NCBI GenBank assembly: GCA_963716175.1
Contig: OY970296.1
Span: 256,001-320,000 of the forward strand
Length of the DNA: 64,000 bases
Reading direction: 5' to 3'
Source of the DNA: an uncultured Armatimonadetes bacterium
GTDB lineage: Bacteria; Armatimonadota; Hebobacteria; Hebobacterales; Hebobacteraceae
A program made the position numbers and the translations under genes. The notes beneath the pieces were generated by a model. The model was not told where the DNA came from, made no database searches, and was given only the letters and a program-made list of their open reading frames with translations. Below, one piece after another: positions 1 to 10,395 of the stretch. Position 1 is the stretch's first letter; the number at the start of each line of letters is the position of its first letter.

Positions 1-641
1 TCCGACCGAGCTTGCCGGACTGGTTCACGTGGACGGCGGACCACTGCGGCCAGTCAGTCTGCTGCTGCGGCTTCTGCCAGGACAACTACCCCGTAGGCTG
101 GGGCGGCTCCGTCACGGACACTTCCGTCCAGGGTCCGTCGCTTGATTGGCAGCACTCGAAGACAAATCAGGGGGGCACGGGCTTCGAGCAGACCATTGGC
201 CTGCTGACTAACGAAGAGATGAAGCCCTCGGAGGCGGAGGACCCGGCCCGCTACCTGGTAGTGGCAGATGTCGGTGGCACAGCTAACATTCAGCCAAGCA
301 AGGTGATCCATGATGCCTACCCGGACCTGTGCCGCGTGGACAGGGCAGGACGTTCCGATAGACAAGAAGTGTTGAACTGCTATGCAGACTGGGCGAACTG
401 CAGCTGGAGCCAGCCATGCGGCGCCGTCACCCCGGCGTACTTCTTCGACCCGGAGGTCCGCAAGTCGTTCTCGCGCCACCTGGGAGGGGTGAACCTGGGC
501 TTTCTGGATGGACACGCCCAGTGGATGTCCTCGGAGGCAGTAATCAACAACACCTACAATAGTCACGACCCGAAGCGCGAGTACATGATCTACGGGATTG
601 AGCGCTGCACCTATCCCGACTGCCTGGTGAAGTGGCCCTAG
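1..641 (+). CDS. Prepilin-type/DUF1559 H-X9-DG protein, C-terminal part (starts before window)
   Basis: C-terminal RHLGGVNLGFLDGHAQW (H-X9-DG motif). YPxGWGG and AYPDxC motifs are shared with the paralog at 10396-11457. TAG at 639-641. Confidence 0.85.
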   Translation, partial: RPSLPDWFTWTADHCGQSVCCCGFCQDNYPVGWGGSVTDTSVQGPSLDWQHSKTNQGGTGFEQTIGLLTNEEMKPSEAEDPARYLVVADVGGTANIQPSKVIHDAYPDLCRVDRAGRSDRQEVLNCYADWANCSWSQPCGAVTPAYFFDPEVRKSFSRHLGGVNLGFLDGHAQWMSSEAVINNTYNSHDPKREYMIYGIERCTYPDCLVKWP

Positions 642-848
642 AGTCCACGAGGTCGGAGCAACAGCACTAGGCTCCATTGGCATTCTGCCACGAGCCGCGT
701 CACGGGCGGAGCACCCCAAGGGGTGCTCCGCCCCTTTGGCGAAGGACAACCGTCAGCGGCCTCGCGCGTGAGAGTGGCGCACTGGAGAGGCGAGCACACT
801 GCGGAAAATCACAGCTGCCGTTCCGCCTCTGCCTGGGGAGGAGACGCG

Positions 849-3344
849 ATGCGCGGCCTGACACTTGCGGTTGCTCTGATCTGCTGTGCACTGGGCGGCG
901 CGGCTGCGGCGCAGTCAACGCCGAAAGGGGAGCTGAGAACCATGGCCGAGGAGAAGGCGCGAGTGCTGGATCGGAATCCGGGCCCGTATCAGGTCTCGCG
1001 GGCGCCGTATGACGGACAGCGGCTGACGGTGAATCCGCCGGTGTTCGTGTGGCTGCCAGCGGAGGGGGCTGGCGAGTACATCCTGCAGTACTCCCGCGAC
1101 CCGCGGTTCGCGGACCGATCCACCGTCACCATCAAGCAAGATGCGACTCTCCTCACGAGGCAGGGATCGCTGCCGTTCCAGGGGCCTGGAGAGTTCGAGT
1201 ACACGGCGAAGCCGGCGACTATGCAAGTTCTCCGGGAGACACTGCAGCCCGGGGAGTACTTCTGGCGCTACGGATACGATGCGGGCGCGCCGGTGGGCGT
1301 GGTCTTCAGCAAGACCTGGACGTTCACGGTCGCTGATGAGGCGGTGGCGATTCCATTCCCGGATGTCAAGCAGGTGGTCGCGCGCGTCAGCGCGTGGCCG
1401 CATCCCCGGGTGCTCGAGACGCGGATGCCGCGGGAGCGCCTGCGCGAGCTGGCGCGCGGTGTGCTGAAGGATGATGCAGAGCAGTTGAAGCGCGACTGCG
1501 ACGGCTACCTCGGGCAGCCGCTGCTGCCCGAGCCGCAGTTCCTGCCCAAGGGCGATGACTGGGCGCCGACCTATCAGCAGGTGTTTCGGGCGACGCGGGG
1601 GTTGTTCAGGGGCATGGAGCAGTGCGCGGAGGCGTACCTCATCACGGGTGACGAGAAGTACGGCCAGGAGGCGAAGCGGCGGCTCCTCCACACGGTGTCG
1701 TGGGACCCGAACGGCAGCACCAGTCTCGGTCACAACGACGAGCCGGGAACCGAGATCGTACGACTGGGGACGCGGGTGTACGATTACGTCTATGACCTGC
1801 TGACCGAGGCCGAGAGGGAGAAGTGCAGGAAGTGCTTCGCGGTGCGCATGCCGCAGTTGTACTGGGCGTTGAAGGCCAGACCGTTCGAGGTGAATCCCTT
1901 CGAGAGCCATGCCATGGGCTACTATCTCGAGGACCTGACCGAGGCGTGCATGGCGATGGCCGGCGAACTCAACGTCCAGGACTGGTTCGAATACTGCCTG
2001 ATGATGATGTGGGGGCCATTCTTCCCGCCCTATGGAGGGACGGACGGAGGATGGTGTGAGGGGCCGAGCTACTGGGGATGGACCGCGGGGGTGTTCATGC
2101 GGATGTTCCGGCTGGTGGAGCAGGCGACCGGCGTGCCCATCCACCAGCGCGAGTGGATGCGGAACACGGGGTTCTACAAGCTCTACGACAACCCGCCGTA
2201 CGCGAAGATGTCGCCGTTCGGCGACGGCCAATACGGACGGCCCAGCGGCGATGATGCGATGTGGGATTTGGCGATGGCCTTCGGGAATCCCTACTTCAAG
2301 TGGTGGGCGGATGCCCGAGGCTATAGCCCATCGGGGCTGACGAAGTTCCTGTTCTACGACCAGACAGTAGATGCGAAAGCACCCAGTGACCTGCCGCAGG
2401 CGAGGTGCTTCTCCGACGTCGGCCTGGTGGCAATGCACAGCGACCTGGCGAATGGCGAGAGGAACGTACAGGTGCTGATGCGCAGCTCGCCCTATGGGTC
2501 CATCAGCCACGCCTACGCTGACCAAAATGCGTTCACGCTCGACGCCTTCGGGGAGCCGCTCGCGATCGCGTCGGGCTACTACCCCTGGTACGGCAGCCCA
2601 CATCACCAGCGGTGGAGCTGGCAGACGAAGGCGGCGAATGCGATCGGGGTGGATGGCGAGGGGCAGGCGGCACGGGACTGGAATGCGAGGGGAGCGATAG
2701 CTCACTTCGAGAGCAGTGACTACTGCCACTACGCACTGGGCGACGCGACCGCAGCGTACCAGGGGCGACTGACGAAGTGGGACCGCCACATTCTGTACCT
2801 GCGGCCGCTGGAGGCGGAGATGACGCCGATCGTGGTGATCTACGACGACCTCGCAGCGCCGAAACCCGCGACGTTCCAATGGTGGCTGCACGCGCTGGAG
2901 CAGATGCAGATCGGGGGACAAAGAGTGCGGATCAGCAGGGCACAAGCGCAGGCTGATGTGATCTTCCTGACACCCGACCAGCTCAAGCTGTCACAGACCG
3001 ATCAGTTCACGGTCCCGCCAGAGAGGGAGCTTCCGAGCCAGTGGCACCTGACCGCGGAGACGACGCAGCCGAGCGAGACCTGCCGGTTCCTGACGGTGCT
3101 GCTGCCTCACCGCGTCGGCGCTCAGGAGGCGGCCAGCGCGAGACTCGTCCTCGGCAATGGATACCTGGGGGCAGAGATCGCAGTGCAGGGCAGGCGGCAT
3201 GTGGTCGGCTTTCGTACGGGCATTGAGCCAATCACCCTGACCGGGGCGTCTCGGAGCGGCGACGTGTGCGCGGTCTCCTGGGGCAGCGATGGGAAGCTGC
3301 TGGGCGAAGCCGCGATACGACTCCACTCTCAGGAGGCGAGGTAA
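849..3344 (+). CDS. Secreted DUF4962 + heparinase II/III-like polysaccharide lyase (PL15 oligoalginate-lyase-like)
   Basis: ATG 849 after GGGGAGGAG; N-terminal signal peptide (AAAA-Q). NPPVFVW (DUF4962), GGWCEGPSYW, PFGDG and SSPYGSISHAYADQNAF motifs are typical of PL15/Hepar_II_III. Confidence 0.85.
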   Translation: MRGLTLAVALICCALGGAAAAQSTPKGELRTMAEEKARVLDRNPGPYQVSRAPYDGQRLTVNPPVFVWLPAEGAGEYILQYSRDPRFADRSTVTIKQDATLLTRQGSLPFQGPGEFEYTAKPATMQVLRETLQPGEYFWRYGYDAGAPVGVVFSKTWTFTVADEAVAIPFPDVKQVVARVSAWPHPRVLETRMPRERLRELARGVLKDDAEQLKRDCDGYLGQPLLPEPQFLPKGDDWAPTYQQVFRATRGLFRGMEQCAEAYLITGDEKYGQEAKRRLLHTVSWDPNGSTSLGHNDEPGTEIVRLGTRVYDYVYDLLTEAEREKCRKCFAVRMPQLYWALKARPFEVNPFESHAMGYYLEDLTEACMAMAGELNVQDWFEYCLMMMWGPFFPPYGGTDGGWCEGPSYWGWTAGVFMRMFRLVEQATGVPIHQREWMRNTGFYKLYDNPPYAKMSPFGDGQYGRPSGDDAMWDLAMAFGNPYFKWWADARGYSPSGLTKFLFYDQTVDAKAPSDLPQARCFSDVGLVAMHSDLANGERNVQVLMRSSPYGSISHAYADQNAFTLDAFGEPLAIASGYYPWYGSPHHQRWSWQTKAANAIGVDGEGQAARDWNARGAIAHFESSDYCHYALGDATAAYQGRLTKWDRHILYLRPLEAEMTPIVVIYDDLAAPKPATFQWWLHALEQMQIGGQRVRISRAQAQADVIFLTPDQLKLSQTDQFTVPPERELPSQWHLTAETTQPSETCRFLTVLLPHRVGAQEAASARLVLGNGYLGAEIAVQGRRHVVGFRTGIEPITLTGASRSGDVCAVSWGSDGKLLGEAAIRLHSQEAR

Positions 3345-3353
3345 GGCGCGCCG

Positions 3354-5735
3354 CTAGTCCCGGCCGTCCAGGGTGAGGATGGTCGCGAGCGCGAGCTGCA
3401 CGGCCATGCCTACGTTCTCCACGTCCACGCGCTCCGGGATGTCGCCGGGCATGTGGTAGTTCGGGTCGCCGAAGGGGGAGGAGCCGTGGATGCCGAGGGC
3501 GGTCGGGTAGCCGGCCTTGATGTAGGAGCCGTCATCGTTCGCAGGGCCATCGTGCTTGGCGACGACCTGCTCCAGGCCGATCCCATAGGCATCATTGAGG
3601 GCCATCATCATCTGGGCAAGCTGCTCGCCCTCGGGGGTGGTATAGAACAGCGCGTTCGTCTTGCGCTTTGCGTCAATCGCCTCCTGTGGCTTGGCGCCAA
3701 GCCCGTCGAGGTTGAGGACGGCGATGATGTTGTCGCCGCGGGACCTCGCGTTCTGGGCTGCGGTGATGCTGGTCCACGGGGTGTGCTCTTCGTTGCAGTA
3801 GACGAACCACAGGGAGCGGCGCAGGCTCCGGCCGGCGAGGAGGCGGGCCGCCTCCATGCTGGCGACGGTGCCGACGGCGTTGTCGTACGCGCCCGGTGAG
3901 TCGATCCAGCTTGGCGAGTCCTTGTGCGAGATGACCACGATGATCTCGTCGGGCTCTGCGGCCCCGCGCTTCTTCGCGTAGAGGTTATTGAGCATGTACC
4001 ATGGGTCGGCGGGGTCCGGGGTCGAGTACCAGTGGTGAAGAGGCTTATTCTGGTCGCACCGGAACGCCTGCGCCCGGCAGGCTTCCTTCTCCACGTCGTA
4101 GCCCCAGGCGCGAAGCTTGGACTCGATGTACTCGTCGGCCTCCTCCAGGCTGCTCTTCGTCTGGCCGGGCCGGGTGAAGTTGGCCTTGCGGTAGGGCAGG
4201 GGGTCCCTAGACAGGTAGAAGAGGCCGGCGGAAATCTCCTTGTTATCCACCTTGGCGATCAGGTCGGTGATGCCGGGGGCCGTCTTCATGAGTTGCGCGG
4301 CATTGGCCGTGGATTGGGTAAGCGAGACCTGGCTTAGCGGCTCCTGTACCAGTGAGTCGTACCGCGCTGGGCGCCTTTCCTTCGGCCAGAGGTGGCGGAA
4401 GTCGGCGTAGCCGGGGACGGAGAGCCAGGGCTCGTAGAAGAGCTGGTCGAGATCAATATCCGCGAAGACCACGCCCTGCTTACCCGCAGTGTCGGCGAGG
4501 ATGGTGCCGGAGGGGTCTATGATCATGCTGCGGCCGGTGTCGCAGATCGAAGTCACGTAGTAGACCCCATTGTCGAGAGCGCGAGCGCGAGCGACCGCCT
4601 CGTAGGCCTTGCTCTCGGAACGAATGTCTCCCTCGATCGGGGTGAAGATGATCTCGGCGCCCTCGAGCGCGAGCGCGCGGGCCATCTCGGGGAACATATG
4701 GTCATAGCAGATCTGGAGGCCGATGCGGCCGATATCCGTGTCGAAGACGGGGATGGTCGCGCCCGGACTGGTGCCGGCTTCGACCTCGGCTTGCGGAAGA
4801 TGGATCTTCCGATAGCGGCCTACTATGCTGCCATCGCGGCCGATGATGACGGCGGTGTTGTAGCGGAGGGGCCCCTGCCACTCGGGCAGGCTCACGACGA
4901 TCATCATGTGGTACTGCCTGGCGAGCGCGGCGAGGACTTCTGTGGCGGGGCCTGGGATGGTGGGATGCGCGTTCGCGTCGGTCGGGACGATCTGCGCGAG
5001 CTCGCCGAGACAGACCACATCGGCCTTGCCCGCACCCGCCTCCCGGACGGCCGACCGCCACGCCTCCGGCCCGCGGGTCTCGCGATCTAGGTACACCGTG
5101 GCGATGCGGACATGGCGGGGCGCGGGGGAGGGCGCGTGACGCAGAGAAACGTCATCGAACCACACCCGCCCCTGCGGCGCGTGGCGCAGGCTCAGCGAGA
5201 CGGTGGCCATGGTCGCGCCCTCGGGCGCTCGGTAGCGGGCAGACAGCCGCCACCATTCGCCCTGGCGCACCGGCGAGCACAAATATGCGGTTCGCGGCCG
5301 CTCGTCCTTCGCGTCGCGCTTCCAGTCTATGTAGGCCCACACTGACTCCTGCGGGCTGGGGATGTCCTCGGTGCGATAGTAGACGGAGAGTTCATACATG
5401 TTTCCAGCCCGGATGCCGAAGCAGGCTGCTGTGACCCAGCCGACGACCCCGGTCTTACCGTCGCCGGACAGGCACAACGAGTGCATGCCGGATCGGGCGA
5501 ACGCGGTGTCGGAGACTACGGAGGGGGCGATCTCGGAGCGGGGAGCGCCGGGTCTCCAGCCCATGGGGAGGCCGCTGGCAACATCCTCGAAGCTGCCATT
5601 TGGGATCAGGTTCGGCGAGTCGGTCATGGCGGAAGCACCTCTCGGGTTCGGGTCATGGGGCGATGCCGCAATGCACGCAAGATGCATGCAGCACGTCATC
5701 AACATGGCGACACAGGAAAGCGCACGTGTCCTCAT
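3354..5735 (-). CDS. Multidomain protein: signal-like N-terminus + CBM4/9-like jelly-roll + carbon-nitrogen hydrolase + M28 metallopeptidase
   Basis: NLIPNGSFE...VWFDDVSL (CBM-like). Nitrilase triad CLGEL / YRKIHL / ICYD. M28 motifs SHKDS, GAYDNAVG, NEEH, LNLD and NYH. Single open frame of 793 aa. Confidence 0.8.
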   Translation of the reverse strand: MRTRALSCVAMLMTCCMHLACIAASPHDPNPRGASAMTDSPNLIPNGSFEDVASGLPMGWRPGAPRSEIAPSVVSDTAFARSGMHSLCLSGDGKTGVVGWVTAACFGIRAGNMYELSVYYRTEDIPSPQESVWAYIDWKRDAKDERPRTAYLCSPVRQGEWWRLSARYRAPEGATMATVSLSLRHAPQGRVWFDDVSLRHAPSPAPRHVRIATVYLDRETRGPEAWRSAVREAGAGKADVVCLGELAQIVPTDANAHPTIPGPATEVLAALARQYHMMIVVSLPEWQGPLRYNTAVIIGRDGSIVGRYRKIHLPQAEVEAGTSPGATIPVFDTDIGRIGLQICYDHMFPEMARALALEGAEIIFTPIEGDIRSESKAYEAVARARALDNGVYYVTSICDTGRSMIIDPSGTILADTAGKQGVVFADIDLDQLFYEPWLSVPGYADFRHLWPKERRPARYDSLVQEPLSQVSLTQSTANAAQLMKTAPGITDLIAKVDNKEISAGLFYLSRDPLPYRKANFTRPGQTKSSLEEADEYIESKLRAWGYDVEKEACRAQAFRCDQNKPLHHWYSTPDPADPWYMLNNLYAKKRGAAEPDEIIVVISHKDSPSWIDSPGAYDNAVGTVASMEAARLLAGRSLRRSLWFVYCNEEHTPWTSITAAQNARSRGDNIIAVLNLDGLGAKPQEAIDAKRKTNALFYTTPEGEQLAQMMMALNDAYGIGLEQVVAKHDGPANDDGSYIKAGYPTALGIHGSSPFGDPNYHMPGDIPERVDVENVGMAVQLALATILTLDGRD

Positions 5736-5834
5736 TGCGACACTCCCAGCAGCACAACTGCCCGCGGACTTCTATTCGTTCGCGCGGAGAGCGAGTCCTT
5801 GCGTAGCGACGACGCGAGCGCCTGGAGGCCGGAG

Positions 5835-6629
5835 TCAATCCACGACTCTGAGCCACCCCCCGTCCACATAGTAAGTCGAGCCCACGCAATAGCTGGCCAG
5901 AGGCGAGCATAGGAACACGAAGAAGTTGGCGAGTTCCTCGGGCGACCCGAAACGTCCAATGGGGGCGTTCTCTCTGGCGATGCGGTCGAGGTATTCCTGT
6001 GCGGTGATTCCCTCTTGCTGGCTCAAGATGCCGGCAGTCTTCCACCAATCCGGAGTCAGGATGAGGCCAGGGCTGATGGTGTTGACCCGGATGCTCTCAC
6101 CGATCAGCTCGTTGGCCAAGCACTTCGAGAACATGACCAACGCCGCCTTTGTCGTATTGTATATCGGCTCGTATCCGAGAGGCTGCTTGGCGCAGATGGA
6201 GGCGTTGTTGATGATCACTCCCCCACCCCGCCTTCGCATGAGGGGAGCAATCGCCCGGGACATCCGGACGGCCGCCATCACGTGCAAGTCCCAGTAGTAC
6301 TGCCACTTCTCATCCGGGGCGTCCATGATCTTCTCTTCGCTGCCTGTCCCTGCGTTGTTGATCAGGATGTCGGCCCCGCCGAACTCCTTCTCCACCTCCT
6401 GCGACAGCGTGATGATGTCGGCCGGCTTCGTGACATCGGCGGGCACTGTCAGCACGCGAACTCCCTGCGCGTCCCGGATGCGCGCTCCCACCTCGCGCAG
6501 GCGCGCCTCATCCCGCGCGCACAGGGCAAGGTGGACTCCCTCCGCTGCAAGCCCTTCCGCGACCGCCAGTCCAATGCCAACACTTCCCCCCGTGATAACT
6601 GCCACTTGCCCTTTCAGCTTCAGGTCCAC
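5835..6629 (-). CDS. Short-chain dehydrogenase/reductase (SDR)
   Basis: GTG start (VDLKLKGQVA) after CAGGAG; TGGSVGIG, NNAG, YNTTK and VDGG motifs. Confidence 0.92.
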   Translation of the reverse strand: MDLKLKGQVAVITGGSVGIGLAVAEGLAAEGVHLALCARDEARLREVGARIRDAQGVRVLTVPADVTKPADIITLSQEVEKEFGGADILINNAGTGSEEKIMDAPDEKWQYYWDLHVMAAVRMSRAIAPLMRRRGGGVIINNASICAKQPLGYEPIYNTTKAALVMFSKCLANELIGESIRVNTISPGLILTPDWWKTAGILSQQEGITAQEYLDRIARENAPIGRFGSPEELANFFVFLCSPLASYCVGSTYYVDGGWLRVVD

Positions 6630-6672
6630 TCTAGTATCGCTCCTGTGAAGTGCCCACCTGGTGGGGGCCTCA

Positions 6673-8178
6673 TCAGTACGGCTTCTTCCGCACGATCTTG
6701 ACGACGAAGGCATGCTCGCACGGCTTCCTGCCCGGCATCCGCACGACGAGACCTCCCTTGTTCAGTTTCCAGTCGAGCGGCTTGCCGTCACCGAGCATGG
6801 TGACGGATACGATCTCGGACTGATAAAGCTGGTGGCGCGGATGCTCTCCCCTCCGCACCCCCACATCAGCCTTCCCTTCCTCGGCTTCTCTGAAGGTTGT
6901 GATGACCAGCTCTTCCCCAGGCCAATCGAGTGCGGTGGCGTAGAGCGCGTCGCCCTTCACGGTGAACCGGATATCCTGGGCCGTGTAGGGGGTGGCCTCC
7001 TCGTTGAAGCCCCCGCTACCCTTCTGCAGACGGGTCGGACCCTCGCCTGCGATCATCCAGGCCGTGGTCCCATAGATCGCCTCGCCATTCACCTTCAGCC
7101 ATTCGCCCATGCCCAGCAGGCACTTCTTCGCTTCTTCAGGAATGGTCCCGTCCGCCTTGGGGCCGACGTTGAGCAGGAGGTAGCCATTCTTGCTGACGCG
7201 GTCCACCAGGTTGTCAATCAGCCAGTCCACGCTCCTATAGCCTGCCGTCTTGACATAGCCCCACGCACCCTGGTCATCCACGGTGGAGTCCGTGATCCAT
7301 TCGTGGTACGTCAGATCCCGTGCCTGACCGAGCTCGTAATCAACCAGGCCGACGCCCGGCGGGAGGTCGTGGTCCTTGTACGTCACCACCACTTCCTTGT
7401 TGCTGGCTTCCGCCTTGTTGTAGTAGTAGGCCAGGAAGTCCTTCACGTAGTTCTCGTGGATACTGCACAGGGCGTAGTCGAACCAGATGAAGTCTGGCTC
7501 GTACTTGTCAATCACCTCGATAGTCTTGCCGTACCATCGGTCGAGGAACTCCTTCGAATGCGGTGCCCCTCGTTCGTGGATGAAGCCATAGAGCCCCGAG
7601 TATCTGGGATCGGAGCAGTCGTAGCGCTTGTCCCAGACCGGGAAGAAAAACCAGTTCTCTGCGTGGTGCAAGGCGGTGACGAATTTCATGCCGCGAGCTT
7701 TGACTGCCTTCGCGAGCGCACCCACCACGTCCCGCTTTGGGCCCATGGTGGCGGCGTTCCACTGCGACCACTTCGTGTCCCACATAGCGAAGCCGTCGTG
7801 GTGCTCGGCCACCGGTCCGGCGAAGCGGGCGCCGGCCTTCTGGAAGAGCTCCGCCCACTCCTCCGGGTCGAACTTCTCGGCGGTGAACAGGGGGATATAG
7901 TCTTTGTAGCCGAATCTATCGAGGGCACCATAGGTCTGCTCGTGGTATCTGCGGGCCTCGGAGTTCGGGTCCATATAGAGGGCGTGGCTGTACCAGGTCG
8001 CATTCCCCCCAAAGGCCGGCACTGAGTAGATGCCCCAGTGGGTGTAGATACCGAATTTGCCCTCCCGAAGCCACTGCGGGGTCTGATGGCGCCTCAGGGA
8101 TTCCCACGCAGGCTGGTAGGGCGCGGTGCCCGCGACCTTCCCGGCACCCGTTCCTCTTGCCGACGAGCAGTCAGTCAT
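6673..8178 (-). CDS. Alpha-L-fucosidase, GH29
   Basis: KFGIYTHWGIYSVP, AEHHDGFAMW, IWFD nucleophile, VSKNGYLLLNVGP and NGEAIYGT; RBS GAGGAGG; no signal peptide. Confidence 0.93.
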   Translation of the reverse strand: MTDCSSARGTGAGKVAGTAPYQPAWESLRRHQTPQWLREGKFGIYTHWGIYSVPAFGGNATWYSHALYMDPNSEARRYHEQTYGALDRFGYKDYIPLFTAEKFDPEEWAELFQKAGARFAGPVAEHHDGFAMWDTKWSQWNAATMGPKRDVVGALAKAVKARGMKFVTALHHAENWFFFPVWDKRYDCSDPRYSGLYGFIHERGAPHSKEFLDRWYGKTIEVIDKYEPDFIWFDYALCSIHENYVKDFLAYYYNKAEASNKEVVVTYKDHDLPPGVGLVDYELGQARDLTYHEWITDSTVDDQGAWGYVKTAGYRSVDWLIDNLVDRVSKNGYLLLNVGPKADGTIPEEAKKCLLGMGEWLKVNGEAIYGTTAWMIAGEGPTRLQKGSGGFNEEATPYTAQDIRFTVKGDALYATALDWPGEELVITTFREAEEGKADVGVRRGEHPRHQLYQSEIVSVTMLGDGKPLDWKLNKGGLVVRMPGRKPCEHAFVVKIVRKKPY

Positions 8179-8258
8179 CACATAGACCTCCTCTTGGTAG
8201 ATGTAACGATTCGATATGCAAACCTATCCTGTCTCAACGGCACAGAACCCGAGGCCCC

Positions 8259-10277
8259 TCACATGCGCCCATGCGTCACCAGGGAGATGACGTTCCACAG
8301 GGACCGGTTCAGCACATCGCCGACGATCAAGCCAATAGCGATCGGCAAGGTCTGCTGATACAGCCGCAGGCCGCCGTATCTCAGCACGAGGGACTTGGCC
8401 AGCCAGGCGATGACGAAAGGCGACTGGCCCCGACCCTCGTCTGTCAGCACGCTAAGGCCAAGTATGTAGCCCACGGGGTGGAAGGGCCACCACAGGAACC
8501 GGAGCCGCATCACGGCGATGAAGACAAGGACCAGGGCTCCCACTCCCCACCATGCCAACCCGTCCCAGGCAGGGCCGCTTGGGTTTGTGATACGGTCGAA
8601 GATTCCCTCTCCCGCGGCCAGGAAATACCAGCCGGGGAAGGCGCCGGCGCTCCCGGCCCGCGTCGCGTTGAATCCGATCCGATACAGCGCATGCAGCATG
8701 TAGACGCTCCCGGCTCCCAGCGCGACCAGGAAGCCCACGAACAGCAGGCGGGTAAGCCGGCGCAAGGGCACCCCGGCCGCATCTCCGATCTTGAACGAGG
8801 TAACGGCGTTCATGCTGCAGACGCTGATGACTTGGCTGGGGAAGGGAGTGTACGCCCAGCCCGTGGTGAAGAGCGCGATGATCTCTCGCGGTCGCAGCCA
8901 TTGCGAGCCTGTGGGCATCACCGCGATCTCCTGGACATACTCGGTGGTCGGGTCGAAGGCGGTTTCAGCGCAGATGCGCGCGTAGGCGAAACCAGCCCCC
9001 ACGATCAGTGCGACATATGGGATGGCGAACAGCGGACGACATCCGGCCAGCACCAGAAACACCACCATCCAGGAGAAGGCCAACGGCAAGATGGCCAGGG
9101 CCCACCGGTAGGCGAGGGGCTCATCCGCATCGCCCCCGCGCGGTCGCCCCGTGAAGGCGATGCGCAGGGCGCGCACCAGGTGTCTGCGCGCGCTCCACAG
9201 CACCCAGGCCGACAGCACGATCACCGCCCCGGTCACCTGGTCGAATGGGGCCGGGAACTCATGGCTCCACCAGTCGTCCGCGGGGCCAGGCCAGCCTCCC
9301 CGGACGATGGCGACCATGGTCAGGCCGACCTTCGCCAGCCAGAAGAACCAGACCGAGAAGGAGAGCTCTTTCGGGACGATGTAGGCCAGCGCGATGAGCC
9401 AGGGAATCAGCAGGACCTCGAGCTGTCCGAAAGCGGCGAGCGGCCCGACCTCCTGCCTCGGCATGACAACGACCGACGACGGCAGCGAGGGCACCACCGG
9501 TAGCCGCCTCGAGAGGTTCGCCAGGAAGCTGACCAGGCCGGCCACCACGAGGCCGGCCCAGAAAAGCCGGTTTCGGGTAAGCCGGCCCGCTTCACCTTCG
9601 CCGGTCTTCTCAACCATGTGCAGCGGGATCTCGGCAAGCGGGAACGTCAGTCGCTCGTTCCTGACCCACTGCTTCTGAACCAGTGCCAGGAGGCAGGTCC
9701 TGGCGGCGAAGAGGCCGATCATGAACGAACCCCAGGCCGCCAGCGGGAGCGCCCACTCCGCCCAGGGAACTGCCGCTCTGCCCATGAAGTAGTCTACGAT
9801 CGCTGATGGAGACGACGGGGCGAACCATGTGGGCACCAGGGGCAGGAATGTCTGCCAGGTCTCCAGCGCGCGGCCGAAGTAGTGGTAGCCGACCACGATG
9901 GAAAGGACGAAGAAGAGGACGCCCGACCCCAGCAGCGGAGTTGCCACGAGCACCGCGGCGTGCACTGTCAGAAGCTCGCGCCGCGTCAGCCCGATCCTGC
10001 GCAGTGCTGGCAGCGACATGACCGCAGTGGCCAGGAAGAGGACCGTCAGCGGCCAGGCGGCAGGCGCGTCGGTTGACCAGATCCCGGTCCTGGCGACGTC
10101 CCCCGCATACCTGATGCCCCACATCACCTCGCCATAGAAGATGGCCGGGACGCTCAGGACAATGATGGCGAGGGAGATCGCCACCGCGCGCCAGGTAACG
10201 CCACCAGCCCCGTCTGGTGCTGGGAGGGGCCGCTCGTTCCCCCCGTACGCTTCCGTTGTGGTCCGCGTTGCGCCCAC
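8259..10277 (-). CDS. DUF6785/DUF6784-like polytopic membrane protein (putative oligosaccharide/peptide transporter)
   Basis: Many TM helices; family motifs GVTWRAV, LTRRELL, QWVRNERLTFPL, ELSFSVWFF, WWPFHPVGY and RYGGLRLY. Confidence 0.82.
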   Translation of the reverse strand: MGATRTTTEAYGGNERPLPAPDGAGGVTWRAVAISLAIIVLSVPAIFYGEVMWGIRYAGDVARTGIWSTDAPAAWPLTVLFLATAVMSLPALRRIGLTRRELLTVHAAVLVATPLLGSGVLFFVLSIVVGYHYFGRALETWQTFLPLVPTWFAPSSPSAIVDYFMGRAAVPWAEWALPLAAWGSFMIGLFAARTCLLALVQKQWVRNERLTFPLAEIPLHMVEKTGEGEAGRLTRNRLFWAGLVVAGLVSFLANLSRRLPVVPSLPSSVVVMPRQEVGPLAAFGQLEVLLIPWLIALAYIVPKELSFSVWFFWLAKVGLTMVAIVRGGWPGPADDWWSHEFPAPFDQVTGAVIVLSAWVLWSARRHLVRALRIAFTGRPRGGDADEPLAYRWALAILPLAFSWMVVFLVLAGCRPLFAIPYVALIVGAGFAYARICAETAFDPTTEYVQEIAVMPTGSQWLRPREIIALFTTGWAYTPFPSQVISVCSMNAVTSFKIGDAAGVPLRRLTRLLFVGFLVALGAGSVYMLHALYRIGFNATRAGSAGAFPGWYFLAAGEGIFDRITNPSGPAWDGLAWWGVGALVLVFIAVMRLRFLWWPFHPVGYILGLSVLTDEGRGQSPFVIAWLAKSLVLRYGGLRLYQQTLPIAIGLIVGDVLNRSLWNVISLVTHGRM

Positions 10278-10395
10278 GAGACTCCTCCGGAGAGCCGCCG
10301 CCGGCGGCGGGCGCAGGAGGGGCGGAGCACCGAGTCCGGCGCTCCGCCCTTAGCAGCACGTCATTGATCCGCTCTGCAAAGACAGTCCGGCCAGT

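Noticed and set aside
915-2945. Long antisense ORFs (e.g. 915-2945, 6661-8025, 8157-9503, 24226-25458)
   Set aside because: These are shadow ORFs opposite well-supported genes, expected at high GC, with no recognisable motifs.
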